The position numbers and the translations under genes were made by a program. The notes under the pieces were generated by a model that saw nothing but the letters and a program-made list of their open reading frames with translations, was not told the origin of the DNA and did not search any database. 15,340 nucleotides of DNA from a virus (Duplodnaviria > Heunggongvirae > Uroviricota > Caudoviricetes), in IMG/VR virus record IMGVR_UViG_3300044765_000092, positions 222,679 to 238,018 of that record. One strand, given 5' to 3'. Positions 1 through 8,829 of this stretch are shown here, piece after piece (within the stretch, counting starts at the first letter, position 1; every line of letters begins with the position of its first letter).

Positions 1-150
1 GCTTCGACTAGGCCGACAAGTACAGTGCCGCCCATACAGATCAAGAAGGCGAGCCCACAATCAGATAGCCAACGCAATGGCGCATCGACCATTCCGATGT
101 TTGATTCGTCCGATGGCTTCTTCTTGGCGATCAATTCAGGACTGTTCTAA
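1..150 (+). CDS. 3' end of an upstream gene (partial), possibly a tape-measure/gp29-like tail protein
   Basis: Frame 1 is open from base 1 (ASTRPTSTVPPIQIKKASPQ...TIPMFDSSDGFFLAINSGLF) to TAA at 148-150, which overlaps the next ATG (TAATG), suggesting translational coupling. Product guess rests on position and the Ser/Thr/Pro-rich tail only. Confidence 0.65.
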   Translation, partial: ASTRPTSTVPPIQIKKASPQSDSQRNGASTIPMFDSSDGFFLAINSGLF

Positions 151-1376
151 TGGACATCACAGCAGACGATGTTGGTCCGGCGGTGTACGGGCCCACGTTT
201 TCAAATAGGGCGGCTCGACTCAAGACCGGCACGTCTGCTGATGTCCTGTACTTGTTGCAAGCTGATCAAGAACAAGACTCGGTGTTGCGACTGATTCCAC
301 TGCTTCACGCACAGAAGAGTCTGAATCCGATTCATTCGACAGCCGGGATGGTGACCCTGGGTATCACATTTGTGATCGCAGCCTTTGCCATTGGGCGAAA
401 GCTGTTTGATCTGACTGACACCACGTCTGACGAACTGAACACTGATGTTAAACAGGCTGCGAGTGTAGAGACTAAACCTACTACGGGTAAGGTCACACCA
501 ATGGCCTTACCTCATACTGGTGAACAACAGCCAGCAGCAGCAACTGGCGGTCGGCCCTCTACTCGTCGCGGACCAAGTCGTCCTACACAGGACATCTTGG
601 ACATGATCAAGCGAGTGGCCTCGTCTTTGGGTGTTGACTATTCGGTACTGTACTCGATTGCGGGTGCTGAATCGGATTTCCGCGCCGGAGTCGCAGCTAC
701 AGGCAGTAAGGCGTTGGGTATGCTTCAGTTCATACCCTCTACCTGGAACTGGCTGTCTCAAAAGGTGTTTCCGTCTCTGCACTACAGTGCTGACGATCGA
801 ACAGACCCAGAGAAGTCTACAGTCATGGCTGCGCTGTATCTACGGATGATCCAACGCACATTGTCAGCTGCTCTAGGTCGTCAGCCAACGCTTGGCGAAC
901 TCTACACCGGGTACTTTCTGGGGCCTGATACTGCTGCTCGATTCTTCCGCATAATGCGCGATCATCCAAATGCGGCTGCCGCATTTGTGTTCCCACGTGA
1001 AGCACAAGCTAACCCGAACATCTTCTACGATGGCATTCGCCCCCGTTCATTTGTCGAAGTATTGTCACGTTTGAGTGGCCGGGTTGGTTCCTATTTGCGT
1101 GACGTGAGAGCCCTATCCTCGACGAGTGGTGCTGCTGCTCAGCAGCCAGCCATATCGTCGCCGGATCAGGAATTGCCGTTGCCCCAGGCCACTGCTACAA
1201 CGATCGAACTAGAAACGCCACCATCACCGAAAGCGTCGGCACCTAAACCACAAGCCAAACCTGTAGTTCGTGTAGACAAGGACTCGGCCAAGTCCACTGC
1301 ATCCGGAACAGGATCGGCTACTGACAAGACATATTTCCGTCGCAACGATCGTCTTTACTTTATCCCAGGTGGGTAG
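150..1376 (+). CDS. Virion-associated lytic transglycosylase (SLT-family domain), 408 aa
   Basis: SLT motifs: IAGAES (predicted catalytic Glu174), ALGMLQF, DPEKSTVMAALYL, LYTGYFLGP. Hydrophobic stretch GMVTLGITFVIAAFAIG near the N-terminus and Pro/Ala/Thr-rich flanks. AGGA 8 nt upstream of the ATG. Confidence 0.85.
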   Translation: MDITADDVGPAVYGPTFSNRAARLKTGTSADVLYLLQADQEQDSVLRLIPLLHAQKSLNPIHSTAGMVTLGITFVIAAFAIGRKLFDLTDTTSDELNTDVKQAASVETKPTTGKVTPMALPHTGEQQPAAATGGRPSTRRGPSRPTQDILDMIKRVASSLGVDYSVLYSIAGAESDFRAGVAATGSKALGMLQFIPSTWNWLSQKVFPSLHYSADDRTDPEKSTVMAALYLRMIQRTLSAALGRQPTLGELYTGYFLGPDTAARFFRIMRDHPNAAAAFVFPREAQANPNIFYDGIRPRSFVEVLSRLSGRVGSYLRDVRALSSTSGAAAQQPAISSPDQELPLPQATATTIELETPPSPKASAPKPQAKPVVRVDKDSAKSTASGTGSATDKTYFRRNDRLYFIPGG

Positions 1377-1382
1377 TAGATC

Positions 1383-2264
1383 ATGCCTTCGAATCCAAGT
1401 ATGACCAATGTTCAGCGGATGAGCGTCCCGCTGACGAGCGCACTGCAAGACTTCGGGGTCACGCTATCCCAACGCGATCTAGCGTATAAGGCGTTTGTTG
1501 TCTGTCAAGACCAGAAGATTCTGGTTGAAGCGTGGTTGCCTGAGCAAGTGGCAATGGATGTGCATGCTGACTACGATGCTCCATACGCTAAAGGCATCCA
1601 AGACGCGGTCAATCCCAAGCTCGGCGAGTTCACGCGCTTTATCGGCATGTCGCTCACTACTCAGGCGTTAACCGCACAGATCTGGCAGGGTGGATCATTC
1701 GTTGATATCACGCTACAGTTCATCTTTCAGTCCGAGAGTGGTGCGGCTGCCGATGTAATGAAACCGATTCAGGACCTGCTGCGTTTGATGATGCCTGCTG
1801 ATCCTAGCAACGGTGGATTCCTCCAAGCCCCAGGCCCACACGTGGATCTCAATTCGCTGGCCGCCAATGGCAAGGAGGCTGCGTCGCAGATCTCTAGCTC
1901 GATTGCCAGTGCGCTGTCGGCTATAGCCAGTTCGCCAGTCCAAACCATGAAGGACATGGTGACTAATCCATTGGGTGTAGCACAGAACGTGCAAGCTCAG
2001 GCCAACAAGGATCTAGTGCCAGCGTCTCAGGCGCTCATGGCATCGGTCAAGAACAACATTTCACTCTACGTGGGTCAGTTCTTGTACTTTCCATCAGTGG
2101 TGATCAAGGACGTGAGCCCCACATTTGACGTGACAATGGGTACTGACAAGAACCCAATTCGTGCCTCGGTCAACGTGACGTTCAGCACGTTCGTGATGCC
2201 AACCCAGAACGATATTGACACGATGTTCCCGGCTGCTACAGTCAAGACTCAAACCACGCGATAA
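1383..2264 (+). CDS. Tail tube initiator / baseplate protein (T4 gp48/gp54-like class), 293 aa
   Basis: Pattern WLPEQV..D..A.Y, QIWQGGS..DITLQFIF, V.KPI..L..L..P, LQAPGP, SLYVG..L....VVI.DVS..FD.....P.RA.V.V.F resembles contractile-system tube-initiator proteins. It sits directly before the LysM/gp53-like gene. Confidence 0.6.
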   Translation: MPSNPSMTNVQRMSVPLTSALQDFGVTLSQRDLAYKAFVVCQDQKILVEAWLPEQVAMDVHADYDAPYAKGIQDAVNPKLGEFTRFIGMSLTTQALTAQIWQGGSFVDITLQFIFQSESGAAADVMKPIQDLLRLMMPADPSNGGFLQAPGPHVDLNSLAANGKEAASQISSSIASALSAIASSPVQTMKDMVTNPLGVAQNVQAQANKDLVPASQALMASVKNNISLYVGQFLYFPSVVIKDVSPTFDVTMGTDKNPIRASVNVTFSTFVMPTQNDIDTMFPAATVKTQTTR

Positions 2265-2274
2265 GGGGTAGGCA

Positions 2275-2643
2275 ATGACTGCGCTAGTCAATCTTAGTCG
2301 TGCATACTACATGAGCACGACAACCACGCAGACCAACGTGGCTACGTCGCAATCGCTGGACTATCTGAGTCCAAGGTACAAGAACATCGCGTTCAAGATT
2401 CCAGCCACTCAAAAGTACACAGTAGGTGATCACGATCAAGCCAATGCTCCGGGTATCGCCTACAACATCTACGGCGACAAGGGATATTGGTGGGTCATCT
2501 GCATGTACAACGGAATCATTGATCCGGTGACTGAATTGGTGCCCGGTACAGTGCTCGAACTGCCGTCGATCAACGATATCAACTCGGTGCTATCACAGGA
2601 CACTGCGTCGGAAACCTCCGGTATCTCGACGGTGATCGTGTAA
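2275..2643 (+). CDS. Baseplate wedge protein, T4 gp53 / P2 gpX LysM-like, 122 aa
   Basis: Motif YTV......APGIAYNIYGDKGYWWVICMYNGIIDPVTELVPGTVLELP is typical of gp53/gpX LysM-like proteins. SD-like AGGGGT upstream. Confidence 0.8.
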   Translation: MTALVNLSRAYYMSTTTTQTNVATSQSLDYLSPRYKNIAFKIPATQKYTVGDHDQANAPGIAYNIYGDKGYWWVICMYNGIIDPVTELVPGTVLELPSINDINSVLSQDTASETSGISTVIV

Positions 2644-2658
2644 GGCTCTAGGACCATC

Positions 2659-3780
2659 ATGGCTCTTTACATCGCAAATCGGATCTACTTGCAACTCATG
2701 GTCGGGGACGTCGAGTTTCCGCTCACGGGCGGCAACACTATCGCCAACATTCACATAGCTGAGAATGTGCGTGTCTATCTGCCGATGCTGAGCCTGACGC
2801 TAACCGACGCGACCAAGTTCTTTTCTCGCAATCCGATTCTGAACGACGGTGTTCAGATCAAGTTGATCATCGGTGTAGAAGACAAGCGTAGAGTTTACCA
2901 GTTCCGTTTGTTCTCTGCCAGAGAAGCGATGTCAGGCGACGCCCTGCAATACGTTATTCAGGGGTACCTCGACGTCCCCCGTTATTGGGTTGAGTCAACA
3001 ATTGAGGCCATCTCGGGTTCGGCGTCGTCCGCCTTGTCGCGGATTGCCATACTTACTGGACTTACCTACGACGGTATTTCGACCACGGATGCGATGGTCT
3101 GGCACCCATACAACTCCAAGTATTGCGAGTGGGCCCGAACAATCGCCGAGCACGCTTATGCAGGACCTACGAGCTGTGTCAAACTCGGAGTCACTGCCGA
3201 CCTGAAGATGCGGCTGATCAATGTAGCAGATTTCAGCAAGCCGACAAGCGAAACGTTCTCCAATCTGCCGAACGATGGTGACTTAGTGGTCACCGACTAC
3301 CGATGGCTCAACAAATCGGGTGCGTTTAACGCCGTAGGTGGCTATAAGGACAAGCTGGTCTGCCAGTCGTTGACCAGTTCGTCCACTACGACGATCGATA
3401 GTCAGACTCTGGCGAAGAACAGTGTGAGTTTGCTGCTCAACTCCGACATCCAATCAAAGATCGGCCAATCGACAGTGCGATTTGCACCTATCGACTGCGG
3501 GAATGTGAGCGCCACATACTTGCAGGGTCAGTACCAGAACAGGCGACTTGCTGGATTCTACACGTTCGGGGTCGAGATTGTGACACCCAGACCTGTGACT
3601 TCGCAACTGCTGGACGTAGTGAACTGCACGCTCAGCAAGCCTGGACTTAGTGGTGTCAAACAGATCAGTGGTAAGTACGTGATCACCGGGAAGGTGACCT
3701 ACGTGCAGGGCATTAACTTCTATCATAAGCTGGAACTCTACCGTCATGGTTCCAATGTGATAGACCAGAGTCAGGTCTAA
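2659..3780 (+). CDS. Putative baseplate hub protein (T4 gp27 / P2 gpD / Mu gp44 class), 373 aa
   Basis: Size and position between the LysM-like gene and the spike. N-terminal IHIAENV...PMLSLTLTD beta pattern fits hub proteins. AGGA upstream. No strongly diagnostic motif. Confidence 0.6.
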   Translation: MALYIANRIYLQLMVGDVEFPLTGGNTIANIHIAENVRVYLPMLSLTLTDATKFFSRNPILNDGVQIKLIIGVEDKRRVYQFRLFSAREAMSGDALQYVIQGYLDVPRYWVESTIEAISGSASSALSRIAILTGLTYDGISTTDAMVWHPYNSKYCEWARTIAEHAYAGPTSCVKLGVTADLKMRLINVADFSKPTSETFSNLPNDGDLVVTDYRWLNKSGAFNAVGGYKDKLVCQSLTSSSTTTIDSQTLAKNSVSLLLNSDIQSKIGQSTVRFAPIDCGNVSATYLQGQYQNRRLAGFYTFGVEIVTPRPVTSQLLDVVNCTLSKPGLSGVKQISGKYVITGKVTYVQGINFYHKLELYRHGSNVIDQSQV

Positions 3781-3787
3781 GCACACC

Positions 3788-4483
3788 ATGCTCGACAACG
3801 TTTCTCAGATAGAGCCGCATGACTACGACGGCATTGTTTTCATCGGTACTGTAGTCGATAACAACGATCCACAAAAACTGGAACGTGTGCGGGTAACAAT
3901 CCCCAATCTGTTCCAGGGTGATACGTCGACCCTCCCGTGGTGCGCTCCGAAGTACGGACGCTTGCTCGCGTCCAATGGTGGTGCTGGGTCGTTCGGTGTC
4001 CCATCTATCGGCTCTACGGTGTTTGTGATCCTTCAGCAGGGTGACCCCAAGTTCCCTCTATACGTCGGAATGCCAGTCAACTCGTCGGGGCGTCCGGCTG
4101 AAGCTAGTGCCAACTACCCGAATCGTTACGGCTTTCATGATGAAGTCGGCAACATTTGGTACATCGACAAGACCAACGGTTCGCATATCATGCAGTTCAC
4201 GCATGCGAGCGGTAGCTTTTCGATGACGGTGGCAAACAATGGAGCGTGTACTGTCAATGCCAACAATGGTCTTACGATCAACGGCCCGGTAACGCACAAC
4301 GGTGATATGACGCACAACGGCAATACGAGCCAGAATGGGAACTACAGTCTGACCGGCACGTTGACGGCCAACGGACAGATCAAATCGCTGTCTGATGTCG
4401 TGGCCATCACCGTCAGTTTGCATGGACACCGTCACAATGCTGTCAAGGCTGGCTCTGATAACTCTGGACCTCCTAATCCATGA
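3788..4483 (+). CDS. Baseplate central spike (gp5 OB-fold + beta-helix + His apex; P2 gpV-type), 231 aa
   Basis: OB-fold signature GTVVDNNDPQKLERVRV..P.......LPWC.P....GSFGVPSIGSTVFV..QQGDP..PLYVG. Six-residue beta-helix repeats NGPVTH/NGDMTH/NGNTSQ/NGNYSL/TGTLTA/NGQIKS. C-terminal SLHGHRH.AVKAG..NSGPP apex. Confidence 0.9.
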   Translation: MLDNVSQIEPHDYDGIVFIGTVVDNNDPQKLERVRVTIPNLFQGDTSTLPWCAPKYGRLLASNGGAGSFGVPSIGSTVFVILQQGDPKFPLYVGMPVNSSGRPAEASANYPNRYGFHDEVGNIWYIDKTNGSHIMQFTHASGSFSMTVANNGACTVNANNGLTINGPVTHNGDMTHNGNTSQNGNYSLTGTLTANGQIKSLSDVVAITVSLHGHRHNAVKAGSDNSGPPNP

Positions 4484-4908
4484 CCTCCGCATCCGTTACC
4501 CAAACCCCAGACGTATCGATCACCGACACTCAGTGGTTGGACGTCAATACGCTGCTCGACGTCAATGGCAAGCCCGATCTCCTGCCAGGTGTTCAAGCCG
4601 TCAACAACAGCCTCTACAACCTGTTTCGATGCCACATCGGTGGACGTAGTGCCATCTTCGATCCGGAATACGGCACAGGCTTATACCTTCTGCTTCAGGA
4701 ACCGATCGACTACATCACTGCTGGCAAGATACAGATGTTCCTGATTCAGGCTATTCAGCGCTGGGAACCACGCATTCAGATAGATATGGGTCGGACGTCG
4801 ATCAAACCGGATGTGACAATTCCAGGATACGTCATCAGCATCTACTACACGCTGGTAGGTACTGGACAAGACGGCAACTACACAATCAACCTTTCGAACC
4901 GAGCGTAA
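4480..4908 (+). CDS. Baseplate wedge/sheath-initiator protein, gp25 / gpW-like, 142 aa
   Basis: AVNNSLYNLF....G.R..FDPEYG..L..LLQEP.......I.QAIQRWEPRI is the GPW_gp25 family pattern. ATGA overlap with the spike gene. Confidence 0.9.
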   Translation: MTSASVTQTPDVSITDTQWLDVNTLLDVNGKPDLLPGVQAVNNSLYNLFRCHIGGRSAIFDPEYGTGLYLLLQEPIDYITAGKIQMFLIQAIQRWEPRIQIDMGRTSIKPDVTIPGYVISIYYTLVGTGQDGNYTINLSNRA

Positions 4909-4911
4909 ATC

Positions 4912-6651
4912 ATGGTCACTACACTCCAACTTTCGACCGTCGCCCCTGACTTCGATGATCTGGCAAATCAGTTGACGAACGCGCTGTCGAATCAGCCGGC
5001 GTGGAAGGATCGGATTACCGGCGCGATGGGCACTACGCTCGTTCGAATGATCGCGGCTATCGGCGCCTATTCGCAGTACGCCATTGAGTCCGCGTATCAG
5101 GAGGCGTGGCCCGAATCTGCGAAGAACAAGACGACACTTTATGCAGCAGCCACGGCAATGGGTGTGCGATTTAATCGCAAGCTCCCAGCCTCTGTGCAGT
5201 GCTCACTTACAGCACCGTCGTCAATGATCATTCCGGTCAATAGTATCTTTGTTGGGGCCGGAACTTTCTGGTTCAACCGTACTCCACTGTCGGTGGGCGC
5301 CACTCCGATGGCGGCCACGCTGTATCAAGGGCAAATCGTTTCGACCACGATCAATGGCATCGGCACCGACTTTCAAGCCTATGTGACTCCGGAGGACAGT
5401 TTCCAAGTCAGCGATGAAGACGTGTTCATCACCGTCAATTCGGTCAGTATCCCGCTTTCTGGTGACGGTCTGTGGAACTACCCGAGTTTGCCCGGTGCCC
5501 AAGACTTCACACTGCCAAGCGGTCAAGCCATTTTCCTGTTCGGTAATTCACTGTACGGAACGCTGCCACAGCAGAGTGACGTTGTGTCCATTGTCTACGC
5601 GACAACCAGTGGTGCTGACGGCAATAATGTGCTGACGCTCAATAAGTCGGTGAACTTGCAGTCGAACACGTCGGTGACCGGCACATTCACCACGAATCCA
5701 AGTGGTGGTGCCAACGAAACTGATCCTCTCCAATACAAGACACTTACTCCGGCGCTCTTTGGTTCGTTCAATTCGAGTGTGACTGCCAGTCAGTACAAGC
5801 GTCTGCCCCTCACCTATCCTGGAGTGGTTGACGCACAAACATTCAGTCAGCGCGAGCTCAACCCTAACGCGCTAACCTACATGAATGTGATCACCGCTAG
5901 CATACTGCCGCAGAGCTCGTGGTCAACCACTGACTGGAACAACTTTGTGTCGTGGTATCAGGCGCGTACCATGTATTCGACACGCGTGATTCGTCAGGAT
6001 CCAACAGCCTACAACGTAACGATCAACGCTGATATCTACTGTTCGAATCTGAGCAATCTGCCTGACATTCAGAACAAGGTACAGACCGCACTCAACGCGT
6101 TGTTTGCGCCTCGCCAGGGCATCCTTGGCCTCGACGTGTATAGGTCAGACATCATCCGGGCGATCGAGAACGCTGACTCGAACATCGAGTATGTGGTGCT
6201 CAATACACCGGCGGCCGACATCGTGGTAAGTAACTTGACGATGCCTGCACCCAACGTCATTGCCACAGTAAACATAGACGACCTGCATCCATCAGTCATC
6301 ACACAGAATCAGACCTACACTTATGCAATTTCGGCTGTGACCCCCAACGGTACTACGAGTCCAACCAATTGGACAACGATTGTGGCGCCCCCTGGGGAGA
6401 TAGCAAATGGATGGTGGTTCCAATTGACCTGGACTCCTCTGGCGGGTGCCACGTCATACAATATCTACGGTCGGCAGTCACCTAGCAGCCTTGGTTTGCT
6501 CGGTTCAACATCGGGCACGCTTTTTGTTGATACTGGTCAGAACACGCCTAGTGGTGGTGTTCCGGTGGTCGGTACTCTGGGGGTTAGCTATCCTCATCTG
6601 TCGTCTACAACATTGAACATGCACTATAGCACTCGGAGCATCAAGCTATGA
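4912..6651 (+). CDS. Baseplate wedge protein gp6 / gpJ-like with an extra Fn3/Ig-like domain near the C-terminus, 579 aa
   Basis: DFDDL..QL.......W.D...G..G..L, ESA.......AA..MG....RK.PA, FGN..YG.LP....V.IVY.TTSGADGN, GGANET and VTASQYK motifs of the gp6/Baseplate_J family. Located after gp25. Confidence 0.85.
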   Translation: MVTTLQLSTVAPDFDDLANQLTNALSNQPAWKDRITGAMGTTLVRMIAAIGAYSQYAIESAYQEAWPESAKNKTTLYAAATAMGVRFNRKLPASVQCSLTAPSSMIIPVNSIFVGAGTFWFNRTPLSVGATPMAATLYQGQIVSTTINGIGTDFQAYVTPEDSFQVSDEDVFITVNSVSIPLSGDGLWNYPSLPGAQDFTLPSGQAIFLFGNSLYGTLPQQSDVVSIVYATTSGADGNNVLTLNKSVNLQSNTSVTGTFTTNPSGGANETDPLQYKTLTPALFGSFNSSVTASQYKRLPLTYPGVVDAQTFSQRELNPNALTYMNVITASILPQSSWSTTDWNNFVSWYQARTMYSTRVIRQDPTAYNVTINADIYCSNLSNLPDIQNKVQTALNALFAPRQGILGLDVYRSDIIRAIENADSNIEYVVLNTPAADIVVSNLTMPAPNVIATVNIDDLHPSVITQNQTYTYAISAVTPNGTTSPTNWTTIVAPPGEIANGWWFQLTWTPLAGATSYNIYGRQSPSSLGLLGSTSGTLFVDTGQNTPSGGVPVVGTLGVSYPHLSSTTLNMHYSTRSIKL

Positions 6652-7370
6652 CGCGTGAGGTTTTGCTTCCTCCATATATGGAGGACAGTCCTGCCTGGGG
6701 ACAGCTGATCACTGCAATCGATTCAGTGCTCGAAGGTGCGATCGACAATCCGACCAAGTGGTTGTCGCAGTTGCGGGATAACTGGATCCTCGACCAGAGC
6801 GCCACCAATTTGATTGCAAATGGTCAGATGATCGATGCGTCAAACTTTGCGGCATTTGATCATGATCTGTTGGTGCGGAAGACCAACCTGATTGGCTTTG
6901 ACCTGTCCGAAGCTGATCTGTTGACCGACGATGACTACACTCGTGTAGCTCGCCATCTTGCGCACTATTGGTACAGCAAGGGTACGCCTAGACTCATCGA
7001 CTTCCTCGGGTTCATTCTTAACTCGACGATGCAGGTGCAGAATCTGTGGTCAACCACTGGACCGACACCTGATACCTACGGTACGTTCTTACCAGAGGGC
7101 GATCCTGGAATCGGCACTCCAGTGTGGCAGGGTGGTACGTGGTTTCCCACCACTCACGTTCGCATCACATACGATCCGACTGCATTCAACAACTACACAC
7201 TACAAAAACTGACAGCCCTGTTCTACGCGATCGCCAACTACAATCTGGTGCTCGAATCCGTGGTGCTTAATGCTGTGACCTACATCCACACAAGTGATTC
7301 GACGAGTTTGGACCAGAGCATTATTCTGTATCCAATGACGTCGGTTGACTACACCATCGTCGCGGCCTAA
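6648..7370 (+). CDS. Baseplate wedge protein, P2 gpI / T4 gp7-like, 240 aa
   Basis: LLPPYM N-terminus and HYWYSKGTPRLIDFLGFIL (KGT motif of gpI-like proteins). Position after the gp6/J-like gene, with ATGA overlap. Confidence 0.65.
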   Translation: MTREVLLPPYMEDSPAWGQLITAIDSVLEGAIDNPTKWLSQLRDNWILDQSATNLIANGQMIDASNFAAFDHDLLVRKTNLIGFDLSEADLLTDDDYTRVARHLAHYWYSKGTPRLIDFLGFILNSTMQVQNLWSTTGPTPDTYGTFLPEGDPGIGTPVWQGGTWFPTTHVRITYDPTAFNNYTLQKLTALFYAIANYNLVLESVVLNAVTYIHTSDSTSLDQSIILYPMTSVDYTIVAA

Positions 7371-7406
7371 TCCGACACGATCTAGACCTAGATATAGACC
7401 AACACC

Positions 7407-8777
7407 ATGTCAAACTCCGGTTTCGTAGTTACCGACGTCGGTAACTCGGCGGCAGCGGCCGCCACTACTAGCGGTCCATATGTTCACATCACGCAGTTCA
7501 AGGTTGGCACTGGCGTCAATTACACGCCAACCCGCGCTGATACTGATCTACACGGGTCGGTCCTGTACACAGGCACTCCCACCACGTTTTCACTTATCTC
7601 AACGACGTTGCTCGAGATAGTGCTGACAATGGATGCGTCAGTAGGGCCGTTCAATTTTGGCGAGATCGGTCTGTATCTGGCGAGTGGTCAGCTGTATGCT
7701 CTCTGTTCGTTTACCAGTCTGCAGGAGAAGGTCAACACAGTGGGTGCGCAGGTCGGCAATACCTGGACAATTCGTGCCCGACTGACATTGGCGCAAGCGC
7801 CATACACTGCGCAGATCGCGATCACCAACACGATGGGGATGCTCGAATGTGCGAACTGGCAGTCGCTGGCAATTCCATCAGGTCAGCAATCCGGTGCGAA
7901 CTGCGCAATCGTTCATGATGACACAGAAGATCTCAAGCCGGTGTTCGTGGTCAAGCGCGACACCGTTCGATGGGAACCGGTTGGATACACAACTGCTCTG
8001 GTGGCCAACACTGCTGATTCGGGTGCTAGTGTCAGCACCGGGGGTCTGACACACCCGAGCCTGTCGGCCCTGCAAATGACATGGTCCCCTGGGAACAATC
8101 TGTACCAGCGTTATCTCGTTCGATTCTCTGACGGTGAAATCCGCAAGATCACGAGCAAGAGTGGTACGACAGTCAATTGGGCAGTACCAACGACCGGATC
8201 TGCAGCGGGGGTTTTTACCATCTTCACTGCAGATCCACTGATCAACGCACAGTCAGTGCCTCAGCAAGTTGGTGAGATCGCATATTTCATGCGATCGAGT
8301 CCGCCCACTGGCTGGTTGGAACTCAATGGACAAACCTTGAGTCGTACAACCTACGCAGAACTCTTTGCTAACTGCGGTTCTCAGTGTGGACCTGGTGATG
8401 GCAGCACGACGTTTACGCTACCTGATCTGCGTGGTGAGTTCCTCCGAGCGTGGGATCACGGTCGTGGTGTAGACGGCAGCCGCACGCTAGGATCTTGGCA
8501 GGATTGGGGAACCGGTGCGCCAAAGACCACAAGTGTCAACCGCATTACTGGCGATGGCTCGATCGGCTCACTGACCAACGGTACGAGTAATCCATCACAC
8601 GTCGGCTTCCTACGTGCATCAAAGTCCGGTGAAGGCATCACGCCCACTGGTTTCGATGGTAACGGATCAGGGAACGAACCTGATGTGTGGAACGTCGCGA
8701 CTGGTGACGCAGAAACCCGGCCACGCAACAGTGCATGGCTCATCTGTGTGCGAGCGTTCACCACCTACACATCTTGA
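7407..8777 (+). CDS. Tail fibre with N-terminal baseplate-attachment domain and phage tail collar domain, 456 aa
   Basis: N-terminus VVTDVG.......HITQFKVGTG ... GPFNFGEIGLY resembles the P2 gpH-type anchor (DUF3751-like). Collar motif VGEIAYF....PPTGWLELNGQTLSRTTYAELF....GPGDGSTTFTLPDLRGEFLRAWDHGRGVD, and terminal ETRPRN.AWLICVR. Confidence 0.9.
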   Translation: MSNSGFVVTDVGNSAAAAATTSGPYVHITQFKVGTGVNYTPTRADTDLHGSVLYTGTPTTFSLISTTLLEIVLTMDASVGPFNFGEIGLYLASGQLYALCSFTSLQEKVNTVGAQVGNTWTIRARLTLAQAPYTAQIAITNTMGMLECANWQSLAIPSGQQSGANCAIVHDDTEDLKPVFVVKRDTVRWEPVGYTTALVANTADSGASVSTGGLTHPSLSALQMTWSPGNNLYQRYLVRFSDGEIRKITSKSGTTVNWAVPTTGSAAGVFTIFTADPLINAQSVPQQVGEIAYFMRSSPPTGWLELNGQTLSRTTYAELFANCGSQCGPGDGSTTFTLPDLRGEFLRAWDHGRGVDGSRTLGSWQDWGTGAPKTTSVNRITGDGSIGSLTNGTSNPSHVGFLRASKSGEGITPTGFDGNGSGNEPDVWNVATGDAETRPRNSAWLICVRAFTTYTS

Positions 8778-8783
8778 TCTAGT

Positions 8784-8814
8784 GAGTGATAGCGACTGAG
8801 CTGCTACTCTTTTT
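8784..8814 (+). terminator. Possible weak intrinsic terminator between the two fibre genes
   Basis: GAGTGATAGC-gactga-GCTGCTACTC can form a 10-position stem (7 Watson-Crick pairs, 2 G-U, 1 mismatch) followed by TTTTT. Confidence 0.4.
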
Positions 8815-8829
8815 GGATAAGAAACCACT

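Noticed and set aside
7379-7400. TAGAyy triple 6-nt repeat before the small fibre, and GATCTAG shared with 8776-8782
   Set aside because: Too short to be significant. GATCTAG also occurs inside coding sequence near 1476 and 2010. It does not match a promoter consensus I can name.
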